From the NCBI GenBank assembly GCA_043732185.1, contig JAYTHY010000006.1, positions 1 to 64,000 of the forward strand: a stretch of DNA of 64,000 bases. The letters run 5' to 3'. Source of the DNA: Fibrobacteria bacterium. Lineage in GTDB: Bacteria > Fibrobacterota > Fibrobacteria > UBA11236. Under the pieces are notes generated by a model that was not told where the DNA came from, ran no database searches, and saw nothing but the letters and a program-made list of their open reading frames with translations. The translations under genes were made by a program, and so were the position numbers. Below are positions 28,661 through 37,730 of this stretch, one piece after another (position 1 is the first letter of the stretch; each line of letters begins with the position of its first letter).

Positions 28661-30379
28661 ATGTTGCGTGAAATCTCGATTCGGAACCTCGTCATCATTG
28701 AATCCGCCCAACTAAAATGGGGCCCGGGTTTTACTGCCGTTACGGGTGAAACTGGCGCGGGAAAATCCATCCTAATGGGCGCCCTCAAATTCATTCTTGG
28801 TGCCAAGGTCAAAGCCGATATCATTCGCCAGGGCGCGGACAAGCTAAGAGTAGAGGCCGTTTTCGATACTCCGCCCGCCAAAGGTTTCAAAGCCACGCTC
28901 GAGCGCCTGGAAATCGACTCGGAAAACGAGGAGATCGTTCTGGAACGCGAGCTGACGCCTGCAGGCAAAAACCGCTGCCGTGTAAATGGTTCGATTGTGA
29001 CCACGGCGGCTTTGGAGGAAATCGGCGCCCATCTGGTGGATTTACATGGCCAACACCAACAGCAATCCTTGAACAATCCCGCCACCCATCTCGACTTCCT
29101 GGACGGGTTTGCCCATTTGGAAACCGCTGCCGATACGTATTATGCGCGTTACCTAGATTGGAAAACCTTGGGGGAGAAACTCAAAGCGTCCGAAGAGAAC
29201 GCCCGTCGCGTGCGTGAACAGTACGATTTCCTGAAATTCCAAGCTAAGGAATTGGAAAAAGCCCCACTGGCATTGGGGGAAGAGGAGCGCATCGAATCCG
29301 AACTCAAAATGCAAAGCTCCATGGAAAAAATCACCCTGGGATTGCAAGCCTCGCTCTCGCTCCTGGATGGAGAAGAAGCCGACCTGCTGGGAGGCCTGGT
29401 AAAATTGCAGCGTGAGATTCAGGGGTTGGAAAAATGCCTTTCACCGAATCCTTTTACGGAATTTCTCCCCAACTTGGAAATGGCCCGAGATGGACTCGCC
29501 GAATTGCGCAATGCGCTACGCAATTTCCGACTGCCGCAAAGCGCGGATGCAGCCAAGCTCGACGAATTGAATGCCAAACTCTCGTTGATCCAAAAACTGA
29601 AGGCCAAATACCATTTGGACATGGCCGGCTTGGTTGCCCTACGCGACACACGCCATCAAGAACTGGCCGATTTTGAAAATTCCGAAAGCGATATCGAAAG
29701 CTTAAAGGTAGAATGGGCGGAAGCGTATAGCAAAGCCGCAAACCTAGCCCGTGGTCTTAGCAACAAACGAAGGGATGCCGCAAAGGCTTTTGATCTGGAA
29801 GTCAATTCCAGGCTGCAAGCCCTAGCCATGGAAGGCGCCATTTTCCAAACCCGCTTTCAAGTTCTGGCACAAGGCCAAAGTTCAGGCCATGCCCCCGCTC
29901 CAAAATCCACAAACCCACTTCCACTCACCCCAACGGGTTTTGATCAACTGGAATTCTTTTTAACCTCCAATGCCGGCGAGACCAGCAAGCCCCTGCGGCA
30001 AATCGCATCAGGTGGAGAAATATCCCGCATCATGCTCGCCATCAAATCAGCCTTGGCGCAAAGCGATCCCCGGCCATTGCTGGTATTCGACGAACTGGAT
30101 ACCGGTATCGGCGGAGTAACGGCCAACCGCGTGGGTGAGGCGCTTCAGGAATTAGCCAAACACCATCAACTGATTGTAATTACGCATCTCCATCAAGTGG
30201 CTGCCCAGGCCTCGGCGCAGCAGAAGGTGGTCAAAGAATTGGAATCGGGGCGTACAGTGACGCGTGTAGTGGCTCTTTCGCCTAAGGAGCGCGTACAGGA
30301 GTTGGCTCGGATGATGGGTGATGACACCTCACAGGCGGCCTTAAAACATGCCAAGGAACTGCTCGCCCAGCGTGCCTAG
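28661..30379 (+). CDS. recN: DNA repair protein RecN
   Basis: TGETGAGKS, HGQH, ASGGEISR, FDELDTG and ITHLHQVA motifs. Confidence 0.97.
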   Translation: MLREISIRNLVIIESAQLKWGPGFTAVTGETGAGKSILMGALKFILGAKVKADIIRQGADKLRVEAVFDTPPAKGFKATLERLEIDSENEEIVLERELTPAGKNRCRVNGSIVTTAALEEIGAHLVDLHGQHQQQSLNNPATHLDFLDGFAHLETAADTYYARYLDWKTLGEKLKASEENARRVREQYDFLKFQAKELEKAPLALGEEERIESELKMQSSMEKITLGLQASLSLLDGEEADLLGGLVKLQREIQGLEKCLSPNPFTEFLPNLEMARDGLAELRNALRNFRLPQSADAAKLDELNAKLSLIQKLKAKYHLDMAGLVALRDTRHQELADFENSESDIESLKVEWAEAYSKAANLARGLSNKRRDAAKAFDLEVNSRLQALAMEGAIFQTRFQVLAQGQSSGHAPAPKSTNPLPLTPTGFDQLEFFLTSNAGETSKPLRQIASGGEISRIMLAIKSALAQSDPRPLLVFDELDTGIGGVTANRVGEALQELAKHHQLIVITHLHQVAAQASAQQKVVKELESGRTVTRVVALSPKERVQELARMMGDDTSQAALKHAKELLAQRA

Positions 30380-30452
30380 AGATGTAGGAAAGCGTGACTT
30401 CCATAGAATCATGGCCATTGAATCACCCCTTTAATCGTATTCGATACATTGA

Positions 30453-31190
30453 TCACTCCGATTTCATTTTCAAGATCCGGAACATGGGCAACAAGTGCTT
30501 GCGCAACTCTGCAACCACCGCTGGCAAATCACCCATGGGTACGGTCAGCCGGCTTTTTTTGACGAAAGCGTTCCACTGATTTTGTTTGAGTGGATCTGCG
30601 GAAAAATCCTTCATCCTGGAATTGGCCATATCGAGCACGACCATGGCTTGAAATTTTTCGGCGATGGCGGTATACGGCGGATAAGCCAATAGCACCGGTG
30701 CCGGGCCATCCAACAAGGTTGGAAAGGTGATTCGCTCAGGCTCCGGTGTAATCGCATCCCCGAATCCTACATCCACTTGCAAATCAATCCGAGATTTGCC
30801 CAGCAAGGCCCGAAGTAAAATACGCACCCCTTGGTAATCCTGATCTTCCTTGATGCGATTGACGCGCACCGTCTCCGCTTGGAAAACCAGCCCATCCACA
30901 GCCAAGGTATCGGGTATGCAGAGTTCACGAAAAAGTTGGGCGATGGCTTCCAAATCCGAAGAACCTACGCCCAGCAAATCCACATCTCGGGTCGTACGAA
31001 AAGCATGCCCGAACCAAACGAGGAAAAGGCTGGCCCCTTTAAGGACAAAGCGGCTGCCAAGTTCGGACTGGGAGAGACGGTACAGCAGGCGCTCAACGCC
31101 ATAACGAGCGAGAACGAAATTGTATTCTTCTTGATGGGTTTTGCTGAAATTTAGGAGACGCTGGGCCACGGAATGGGAAATATCGGTCAT
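30453..31190 (-). CDS. abiEii: AbiEii-family nucleotidyltransferase toxin with an apparent in-frame internal deletion
   Basis: ERLLYRL, FVLKGA, RTTRDVD, QVDVGFGD, AEK and NSRMKD motifs. ATG 31190 overlaps the antitoxin stop. Confidence 0.85.
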   Translation of the reverse strand: MTDISHSVAQRLLNFSKTHQEEYNFVLARYGVERLLYRLSQSELGSRFVLKGASLFLVWFGHAFRTTRDVDLLGVGSSDLEAIAQLFRELCIPDTLAVDGLVFQAETVRVNRIKEDQDYQGVRILLRALLGKSRIDLQVDVGFGDAITPEPERITFPTLLDGPAPVLLAYPPYTAIAEKFQAMVVLDMANSRMKDFSADPLKQNQWNAFVKKSRLTVPMGDLPAVVAELRKHLLPMFRILKMKSE

Positions 31191-31789
31191 GACGCCGCTT
31201 CCATTTCCAAATACGGGCGCATGATTTTTTCCATGCGACAAACCTTGGCCATTTTCACTATTTCGGCCCGACTGGCTTTCTTGGATTTTAGTGCTTCCAA
31301 CAGGGCTTCCATCGCCACATCGAGTCCCACCTTGTTCCTCATTTTGAACAGGTCCGCTACGGTCTTGGCCACGCTGTATACTCGCAAGGTGACGCCGTCG
31401 ACTTTATATTTTTCAATACCCTGCGTAAAAGCAGCTCCAGAAAAACGAGCGACCTTCAAGGATGGATACGCTAGTTTGGGTGCTCGGGCAAGGCCCTCAA
31501 CTGCGATCCAAACCTGATGGGGAAGTTGGGATGTCAACCCATGGTAATTCAAAGCCGAGAGCAGACAAAGCACCACCCTAGGTGCACGCAGAAATACCTC
31601 GGTATAACTGGGATGGGTTAGTATCGGAGCCTTCGCAACCTGATACACTCCTCGCGTGAGGCGTTCGACACTTCCCGTTTTGATCAGGTACTGCAAGTCC
31701 TGCCTACGGAACCCTGCTGTCTCCAGTTCACGCACTCGGCAGGGTCCGTGTTTTTTCAAAAAGGAAACGGTATCTTTAAGCTGGCTCAT
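31187..31789 (-). CDS. abiEi: AbiEi-family antitoxin / transcriptional regulator (type IV TA)
   Basis: wHTH with RLTRGVY, CLLSALNYHGLT and YSVAKTVADLFKMRNKVG motifs. Confidence 0.9.
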   Translation of the reverse strand: MSQLKDTVSFLKKHGPCRVRELETAGFRRQDLQYLIKTGSVERLTRGVYQVAKAPILTHPSYTEVFLRAPRVVLCLLSALNYHGLTSQLPHQVWIAVEGLARAPKLAYPSLKVARFSGAAFTQGIEKYKVDGVTLRVYSVAKTVADLFKMRNKVGLDVAMEALLEALKSKKASRAEIVKMAKVCRMEKIMRPYLEMEAAS

Positions 31790-31837
31790 TCTTCAAAATG
31801 TACAATTATATTCATATTTATAGGCATTATGAAGAAT
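31788..31837. promoter_or_regulatory. Imperfect inverted repeat over the abiE promoter (candidate AbiEi operator)
   Basis: attcttcaaaatg (31788-31800) matches the reverse complement of cattatgaagaat (31825-31837) at 12/13. Confidence 0.6.
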
Positions 31838-32045
31838 ACGAAAAATCTCATTTTGCCTATAAAAAGCTTTCCTTTACCGATTCCCGGGCACTTTTTGTAG
31901 TTCAAACCTATTCGAGTCAATTTCTGGCATTTCGATCGTTTGGCTTGAGTACACCAGCTTGATTGGGTAAACGGGTGAGTTGAAGTGTACTGGAAAGCGG
32001 ATCGCCAGCCTAGTCCAGGTATAGGAAATTCCTATACTTAATTGC

Positions 32046-33269
32046 ATGGAATCCAATCCACTAGGGCTGCCCCCGGCAACCCCTCCAGCCCTAGAGACTT
32101 CGGAATCCTTAGAGCCCCAGCGCAAGGCCGGACGCATCTGGGTCCTGACCAAAATGGGTGCCTTTGTCGCTACCCTAGCTTGCCTTTTTCTCAATCGAAA
32201 TCTTTCCGCCACCCTCTTTCTGTCCCTGTCGCTGTGCATGGGGTTTTACGCATCGTTCAAGCTCAGTCATGAGGATATCGAACGACCTCTAACATTGTTC
32301 TGGTTGGAACTGGGTGAAAAGCTGCTAGGTAATCTGATATTCCTGGTTCTCTTCCTCCGTCTGGCCTGGGATCCGAATGAACTCTTCCCCACTATGCTAT
32401 GCGCGGGGCTCATCGCGCTTACCCTGCGCAATGTCTTCTACCTAATCTTTTCCATCGCACTCCTCAAAGAGAATCGAGCATTACCTCTTAAATCCATCTG
32501 GGGTAAAATTACCACCCTTGCATTGAATATCACCATGCTCCTCTACGTCTGGAACTCGGAGCATTATTCCCGCATCATGATGGTGGTTAGCGAGCTGCTT
32601 ATTATCGCTACCAGCGTAGGCTATCTGTATTTCTATTATCGGGATGAGAAGTCCCGTCAACCCGTCTCCTTGGCTACCCAGGTCACCTTCAGCCGGATTT
32701 TTCTGACTCCCGTTTTCATCTGGGTCTTCTTTTACGACAACAATCTCAGCTATCAAGACAACCACCTTGTTTTCAAAATCCTAGCGGCGCTATTGGCTAT
32801 TTTTTTCGTAGCCAGCGACGGACTGGACGGTTATCTCGCGCGCAAACGCGGTGAGGTCACGCAGCTCGGAAAATTTCTAGACCCATATTCCGACAAGATT
32901 TCCAATATGGGGATCTTCCTCTGTTTTCTCGCATCTGGTTATGCGGCCGTGTGGATGGTTGCCGTAATATTCTTCCGCGAATCCACCATTGAAACCTTAC
33001 GTACGCTGGGTGCCGCATCCGGTGTAACCATCGACGCACGAAAAAGCGGAAAATGGAAAACGGCATTGCAAGGAATTGCGATTATCGCTATCCTCGTACT
33101 GGAAATCGTGGACACGCTTGTCCGTCGTTTTAACCCCGAGCCAACCTTATGGTCCGATATTTGGGCGTACCTGCCCTATTCATTGATGTGCGTGGTGACA
33201 GGAGTTACGCTGCTATCCGGCGTGGATTACTTTGTAGCCAATAAAAAAGTGCTTAAGCGCTACTTTTAA
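32046..33269 (+). CDS. CDP-alcohol phosphatidyltransferase (PgsA-like) with a degenerate duplicated N-terminal domain
   Basis: C-terminal half has SDGLDGYLARKRGEVTQLGKFLDPYSDK and GKWKTALQ. N-terminal half echoes these (LELGEKLL, WGKITT). Confidence 0.85.
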   Translation: MESNPLGLPPATPPALETSESLEPQRKAGRIWVLTKMGAFVATLACLFLNRNLSATLFLSLSLCMGFYASFKLSHEDIERPLTLFWLELGEKLLGNLIFLVLFLRLAWDPNELFPTMLCAGLIALTLRNVFYLIFSIALLKENRALPLKSIWGKITTLALNITMLLYVWNSEHYSRIMMVVSELLIIATSVGYLYFYYRDEKSRQPVSLATQVTFSRIFLTPVFIWVFFYDNNLSYQDNHLVFKILAALLAIFFVASDGLDGYLARKRGEVTQLGKFLDPYSDKISNMGIFLCFLASGYAAVWMVAVIFFRESTIETLRTLGAASGVTIDARKSGKWKTALQGIAIIAILVLEIVDTLVRRFNPEPTLWSDIWAYLPYSLMCVVTGVTLLSGVDYFVANKKVLKRYF

Positions 33270-33322
33270 CGCCATTAACAAAAACAATCCCTCTTCTTAA
33301 AACAGAAGTGAACTTTTCAAAA

Positions 33323-34354
33323 TTAATGATTGTGCCGGTGATGAATATCGGGTAAATGGGCATGGGAATGTGCCAAAGCGCTATGCGTGTGCCGATGGGA
33401 ATGATAGGTAGAGGCAAGCATTCCAGAATGCTCGTGCGCATGGTGTCCATCGTCGTGGCGATGGCCATGGACATGCTCTGTACTTTCATGCGAATGAAAA
33501 TGCGCGTGCCGATCTCGGAACAGCAAGGCAAGGCTTCCTGTAAACAATAAAGTGGCAACTCCATGAATCCACGTCAGATCTTCCCTGAGCAGAATAGAGG
33601 AGATGAGCAGACCGAAAAAGGGCGCTGCGGAGAAAATCATCTGACTCCGCGTAGCGCCCAGAACCTGTGCGGCACGAATGTACAGGGCTATGCTGGCGCC
33701 ATAAGAAAACGCCCCCAAAGCGAGTCCCCAGATTAGAGTCATAACGGCGGGGTGGAAAGGCGTGACAAGGATGCCGACAGTTAGATTTGCGCTACCTGCG
33801 GTCAATCCTTTCCAGAATGTGGTTTGCAGAGGATTTAGTCCGTCGATTAAGGCTGTCAAGTGATTATCCAATCCCCAGCAAAGACAAGCCAAGGTCACCC
33901 ATGCCCCAGCCCTAAGGCCGGCAGAGCCTTCACCCACGGATAGCAGTACACTTCCGGATAAGCATCCCACTCCTCCAATCCAGCCCCAAACGCCCAAATT
34001 GTCTTTGAAAAAAAAATGTCCTAACAGAACCGTCAGGACCATTTCCAGGATCAGCCATAAGGAAACCGATCCGGCTGCGGCTAGTTGCAGACCATTGAGT
34101 AAAAACAGTGGACCGAGGACACCACCAAAAAATATGGCAAAAGTCAAACGGATTCGGTTACGGCTCCCCAGATGGCCCGAGAATCCAAAGGATCCCCTGC
34201 TTATGAGAAGAACCAGGGCAACCGCCAAGGCTGCTCCTAAATACAATATTCCTGCAAGCTGGAAGGCAGAAAATGAGCCAAGCAAGATTTTGCTGAACGG
34301 CGCAGCTGCGCCGAACAATAGCGCCGCGAAGAAGGCCTGAAGAATCGGGTTCAT
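33323..34354 (-). CDS. DMT/EamA transporter with His-rich C-terminal tail
   Basis: 10 TM, WGLDNHLT and LGATR motifs; tail HAHFHSH...PDIHHRHNH. Confidence 0.88.
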   Translation of the reverse strand: MNPILQAFFAALLFGAAAPFSKILLGSFSAFQLAGILYLGAALAVALVLLISRGSFGFSGHLGSRNRIRLTFAIFFGGVLGPLFLLNGLQLAAAGSVSLWLILEMVLTVLLGHFFFKDNLGVWGWIGGVGCLSGSVLLSVGEGSAGLRAGAWVTLACLCWGLDNHLTALIDGLNPLQTTFWKGLTAGSANLTVGILVTPFHPAVMTLIWGLALGAFSYGASIALYIRAAQVLGATRSQMIFSAAPFFGLLISSILLREDLTWIHGVATLLFTGSLALLFRDRHAHFHSHESTEHVHGHRHDDGHHAHEHSGMLASTYHSHRHTHSALAHSHAHLPDIHHRHNH

Positions 34355-34392
34355 GCTAAAGTCACATCCTTATTGTGGATAAGGCTTACAGC

Positions 34393-37300
34393 CTAAAAAA
34401 CCGTCACCCTTTTCAGGAACGCAGTCCGACCCAATCTCTTTATTTTCACTACATACACACCCCTGTCAAGGCCCGGTAGCGTGAGCTGCCCGACATCACT
34501 AGCGGCCCCAGCGATCACTTTCCGAACTACAGCCTGCCCGCGAAGATTGATCAGTTCCACAACCAACACCTGCCCCTCCAGACGCCCGAACGTTAAATTT
34601 ATGCCACCGTTTATCAGCTTGGCGGAAATACCACCATATTCTTTGTGCAATGAAATGTGCGGATTTGTCTCAGTCGTCGCATCTGCATAAATAGGGACAT
34701 CATAAAACGTGAGCGCAGCAATATCATTCGCCCCATAGAGGATATTGTCCTCACTCCATGAACGACTGTCGAGGTAGGTAATTTTTGTTGCCGTGGACGC
34801 GGCGTTGAGTGCGAGGGTGAGCGTATTTCCAGATATTGCACCGGAGGCCACTTTTCCGCTCACACCATCCAGATAGAACTGTGAAATGAGAGACGTGGTC
34901 CATTTTACCGCCTGATCGAATTCCAAAGTGATCGCAGTTTTTCCGGTACTGGTGTAATAAGCCCTTTTAATGTTGGGCGGTGTAATGGAGGTGGTGAAAA
35001 CCTTGCCGTAATTGTCCCTTTCCACCAGCGGACTCATTAGGCGGACAAACTGCATATAGCCATCCGCCGAGGTATGGCAGCCCACTCCGGGTCGAACACC
35101 GATGGTCGACATGATACCCATATTCGAATACAGATTGGGTAAGGTCCTCTGTACCTCCCGAAGAATATTGTCCTGTCCTCCAATACCGCCTTGGGCACAA
35201 CCGTTCGGCCAGATTTGGAAAATGTAGTAGTGCTTGATATTGGGATAATCCTCTTTCCATGCCGATGACATATCCACAAAGTACTGTAGATAAGTCTGCC
35301 AGCCCCACAGGCCGCTCGGCCCATCCGAGTTCTGATCGGCCTCGCCTTGATGCCAGAGCACTCCTCGAATGCTGTGCGTCATTTTCGCGCGCTGGAGACG
35401 CGTCAGCAATCGGCCATAAATTGTGTTCGAATCCGTTGGGTTCGTCAGGCTGCGTTGGTGCAAATCGATGCGAGTGCCGCCTACAGCGCCATTGAAGAAG
35501 CAAATTGGAATTTTATACGTTGCGGCCAATTGCCGGCCAAGCTCCAGACCCCAGTATCCGATAGTTGCAGCGCCTCCCCCCGCGGCATGAACGGCATTGG
35601 CCCATCCGCTCCCGGGATTGCCATCACCGCTATTGCCGAAGGTTCTGACCCATTCGCTCGTGGTAGGATTCAGGTCTGTTCCAAAGGTCGTGCCCACGGC
35701 ATTGGATTGCCCTTCGATAATATAGGCGTCGCCGCAAAGCACGTTTGTCACTGTGCTGAGCACAGTCTCAGTCCCACTCGTTTTAGATCCGAATTCGAAT
35801 TTGTATTCCACGAGTCCAGGATCGATGTTTGGAGAAAAATCATAGGCGCCGGACGACATTTTCTGCGCTACGCGCTTAAAAAGGGTGGCGCCGGCATACA
35901 CATTCAAGTAAACGGAATCCGGTGTGGAGGTAAGTGCGCCCTTGTAATAGACAGTGCAAACATTTTTATCATCACGCGCATAGAATTGATTGTTCTCGGG
36001 TTTTTCAATGGCTCCGGGGGTGCGGTACACCCAGGAGTCCACATTCGGTTCCGTTACAACGATATCCGCTGAGTGGGTTACAGTCATACCACCATTGTTT
36101 ATGGAAAGAGTAACGGTCATCTTGCCAGTGCCTTGGGATCGTGTAAGCGTGAGCTTGCCCGGGGTTATTTGTTTACCCGCAGCGATATTGGCGACATTCC
36201 AAGCATAGGAAAGCGCGCCCACACCTTTCGCGTCCAATGCGGCTTGATTGGCGACCTGGGCGACCACGTTTATGGGGTCCCGGCCGTTCCAAGTGGCGGG
36301 AGCCGTCAAAGAGAATATGGGATCTGCTTGGTCTTCCTTGACGGTAATAGTGATATCCTGAGTCTTGACCTCAGTGGGATAAACGGCTTTTAACTGTATG
36401 ACGATATTTTTGTCACCGGTGACGCGCCCGGCAGAATAGGTATAGTTCAATTGGTCCACGGCCAGGATAACTCCCGCCCCGGTATCTTTAAGGATCCAAT
36501 ATATTTTCTGTGCACCCCCGGCCGTTGCCGTCAAAGTCGCGTTTTTCCCTTCGAGCACCGTGATTTGCGTCTGGGAGGCGGAAAAGGTCGTTCCGGTTGG
36601 AACAAGCGGACCCGCCAATGTTTGCATCGGCTTCTGATTTTCATAGGCAAGCTTCATCCACGCCGCGCTCCGCGTTTTGCTGGAGATGACGGCTTCGTCG
36701 ATGCTTCCATTGAAATAAAATCCATGCGATTGATTGCGACCGATATTCGTATTCTCTAAAGGCATTCCTAGTGGACCATTAAAAGTAGCGGTTTGCGAAA
36801 CTTGTGCCCCATTGATGTACGTGCGAATGGTTTTGTCCGACGCGCTCCAGGTAAATCCGACTAAATGCCATTGGCCGATGGAGGGAAAGGCATTATCGCT
36901 GTAAACCAATTCACCCGACCGTTGTGTATGGATGCGCGTTTTATAGGCTGTTCCATTTTTAAGCAGGAAGAGGGAATATCCCGGATCCGACCAACCGCCT
37001 CCGGAACCAAGAACTTGACCTTCTCCACCCAAGATATTTACCCAAGCAGAAACGGAAACATTTCCGGAAATCCTTTGGCTGGTCTTGTCGCCGCAATCGA
37101 TAAAGCTACTGGTACCGTTGAAAGCCTGGGCGCGTCCGACCATGCCTGTAATGTTGGATGCCCCTGTCATGGATGCACCTGTTCCGTTATTGGCATTGGC
37201 GGTAGCGTCTTTGTAAGCTCCAGCCGTGGTACTACCGGCCTCGTTTAAATGCCAGACTCCCTCGAAGCCGTTTGCCGTATCAAACACGGCGGCGCCGTTC

Positions 37301-37689
37301 GATTCACTCGCTGCTGCAGGATTCCCCCAGAACATTTTGATGCCTTGGCGTGCATTGCCGGTAATAGTCGGGATGCGAACCCAGATGGCGGCTTTGCCGT
37401 TGAAAACGTCCCACTCTTCCAATTGGTATGGTAGAGTAGCGCCCGCCATAGTGGAAAAACGGATGTCCTCACCATTGGTTTTCGCCTGGCTGAAGGTGAA
37501 GAAGTCCTTGTCCAACCGTACGAGAACGGGGAAACCGGTTTCGGTAACCCCAGCCGGTAGGTTTGCACCATCCGGAGTGGTGAGGATGAACAAGGAATCG
37601 GAATTGGACCAACCGGGATATTGGGCAAAGCCGTTTCCGCACAGAAATGCAGCGGCAAAAAGCATCATAAAACAGGCATTGTGCTTCAT
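34393..37689 (-). CDS. Secreted DUF2341 + LamG + SASA (SGNH acetylesterase) protein with T9SS-type C-terminal domain
   Basis: Signal peptide; GEDIRFS..LPYQLEEW (DUF2341); FNGSIDE (LamG); GQSNA and WHQGEAD (SASA); LINLRGQAV...GVYVVKI CTD. Confidence 0.82.
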   Translation of the reverse strand: MKHNACFMMLFAAAFLCGNGFAQYPGWSNSDSLFILTTPDGANLPAGVTETGFPVLVRLDKDFFTFSQAKTNGEDIRFSTMAGATLPYQLEEWDVFNGKAAIWVRIPTITGNARQGIKMFWGNPAAASESNGAAVFDTANGFEGVWHLNEAGSTTAGAYKDATANANNGTGASMTGASNITGMVGRAQAFNGTSSFIDCGDKTSQRISGNVSVSAWVNILGGEGQVLGSGGGWSDPGYSLFLLKNGTAYKTRIHTQRSGELVYSDNAFPSIGQWHLVGFTWSASDKTIRTYINGAQVSQTATFNGPLGMPLENTNIGRNQSHGFYFNGSIDEAVISSKTRSAAWMKLAYENQKPMQTLAGPLVPTGTTFSASQTQITVLEGKNATLTATAGGAQKIYWILKDTGAGVILAVDQLNYTYSAGRVTGDKNIVIQLKAVYPTEVKTQDITITVKEDQADPIFSLTAPATWNGRDPINVVAQVANQAALDAKGVGALSYAWNVANIAAGKQITPGKLTLTRSQGTGKMTVTLSINNGGMTVTHSADIVVTEPNVDSWVYRTPGAIEKPENNQFYARDDKNVCTVYYKGALTSTPDSVYLNVYAGATLFKRVAQKMSSGAYDFSPNIDPGLVEYKFEFGSKTSGTETVLSTVTNVLCGDAYIIEGQSNAVGTTFGTDLNPTTSEWVRTFGNSGDGNPGSGWANAVHAAGGGAATIGYWGLELGRQLAATYKIPICFFNGAVGGTRIDLHQRSLTNPTDSNTIYGRLLTRLQRAKMTHSIRGVLWHQGEADQNSDGPSGLWGWQTYLQYFVDMSSAWKEDYPNIKHYYIFQIWPNGCAQGGIGGQDNILREVQRTLPNLYSNMGIMSTIGVRPGVGCHTSADGYMQFVRLMSPLVERDNYGKVFTTSITPPNIKRAYYTSTGKTAITLEFDQAVKWTTSLISQFYLDGVSGKVASGAISGNTLTLALNAASTATKITYLDSRSWSEDNILYGANDIAALTFYDVPIYADATTETNPHISLHKEYGGISAKLINGGINLTFGRLEGQVLVVELINLRGQAVVRKVIAGAASDVGQLTLPGLDRGVYVVKIKRLGRTAFLKRVTVF

Positions 37690-37730
37690 AGATAATAGCT
37701 CCTATAGGTTAGACATTCGATTCAATTTGC

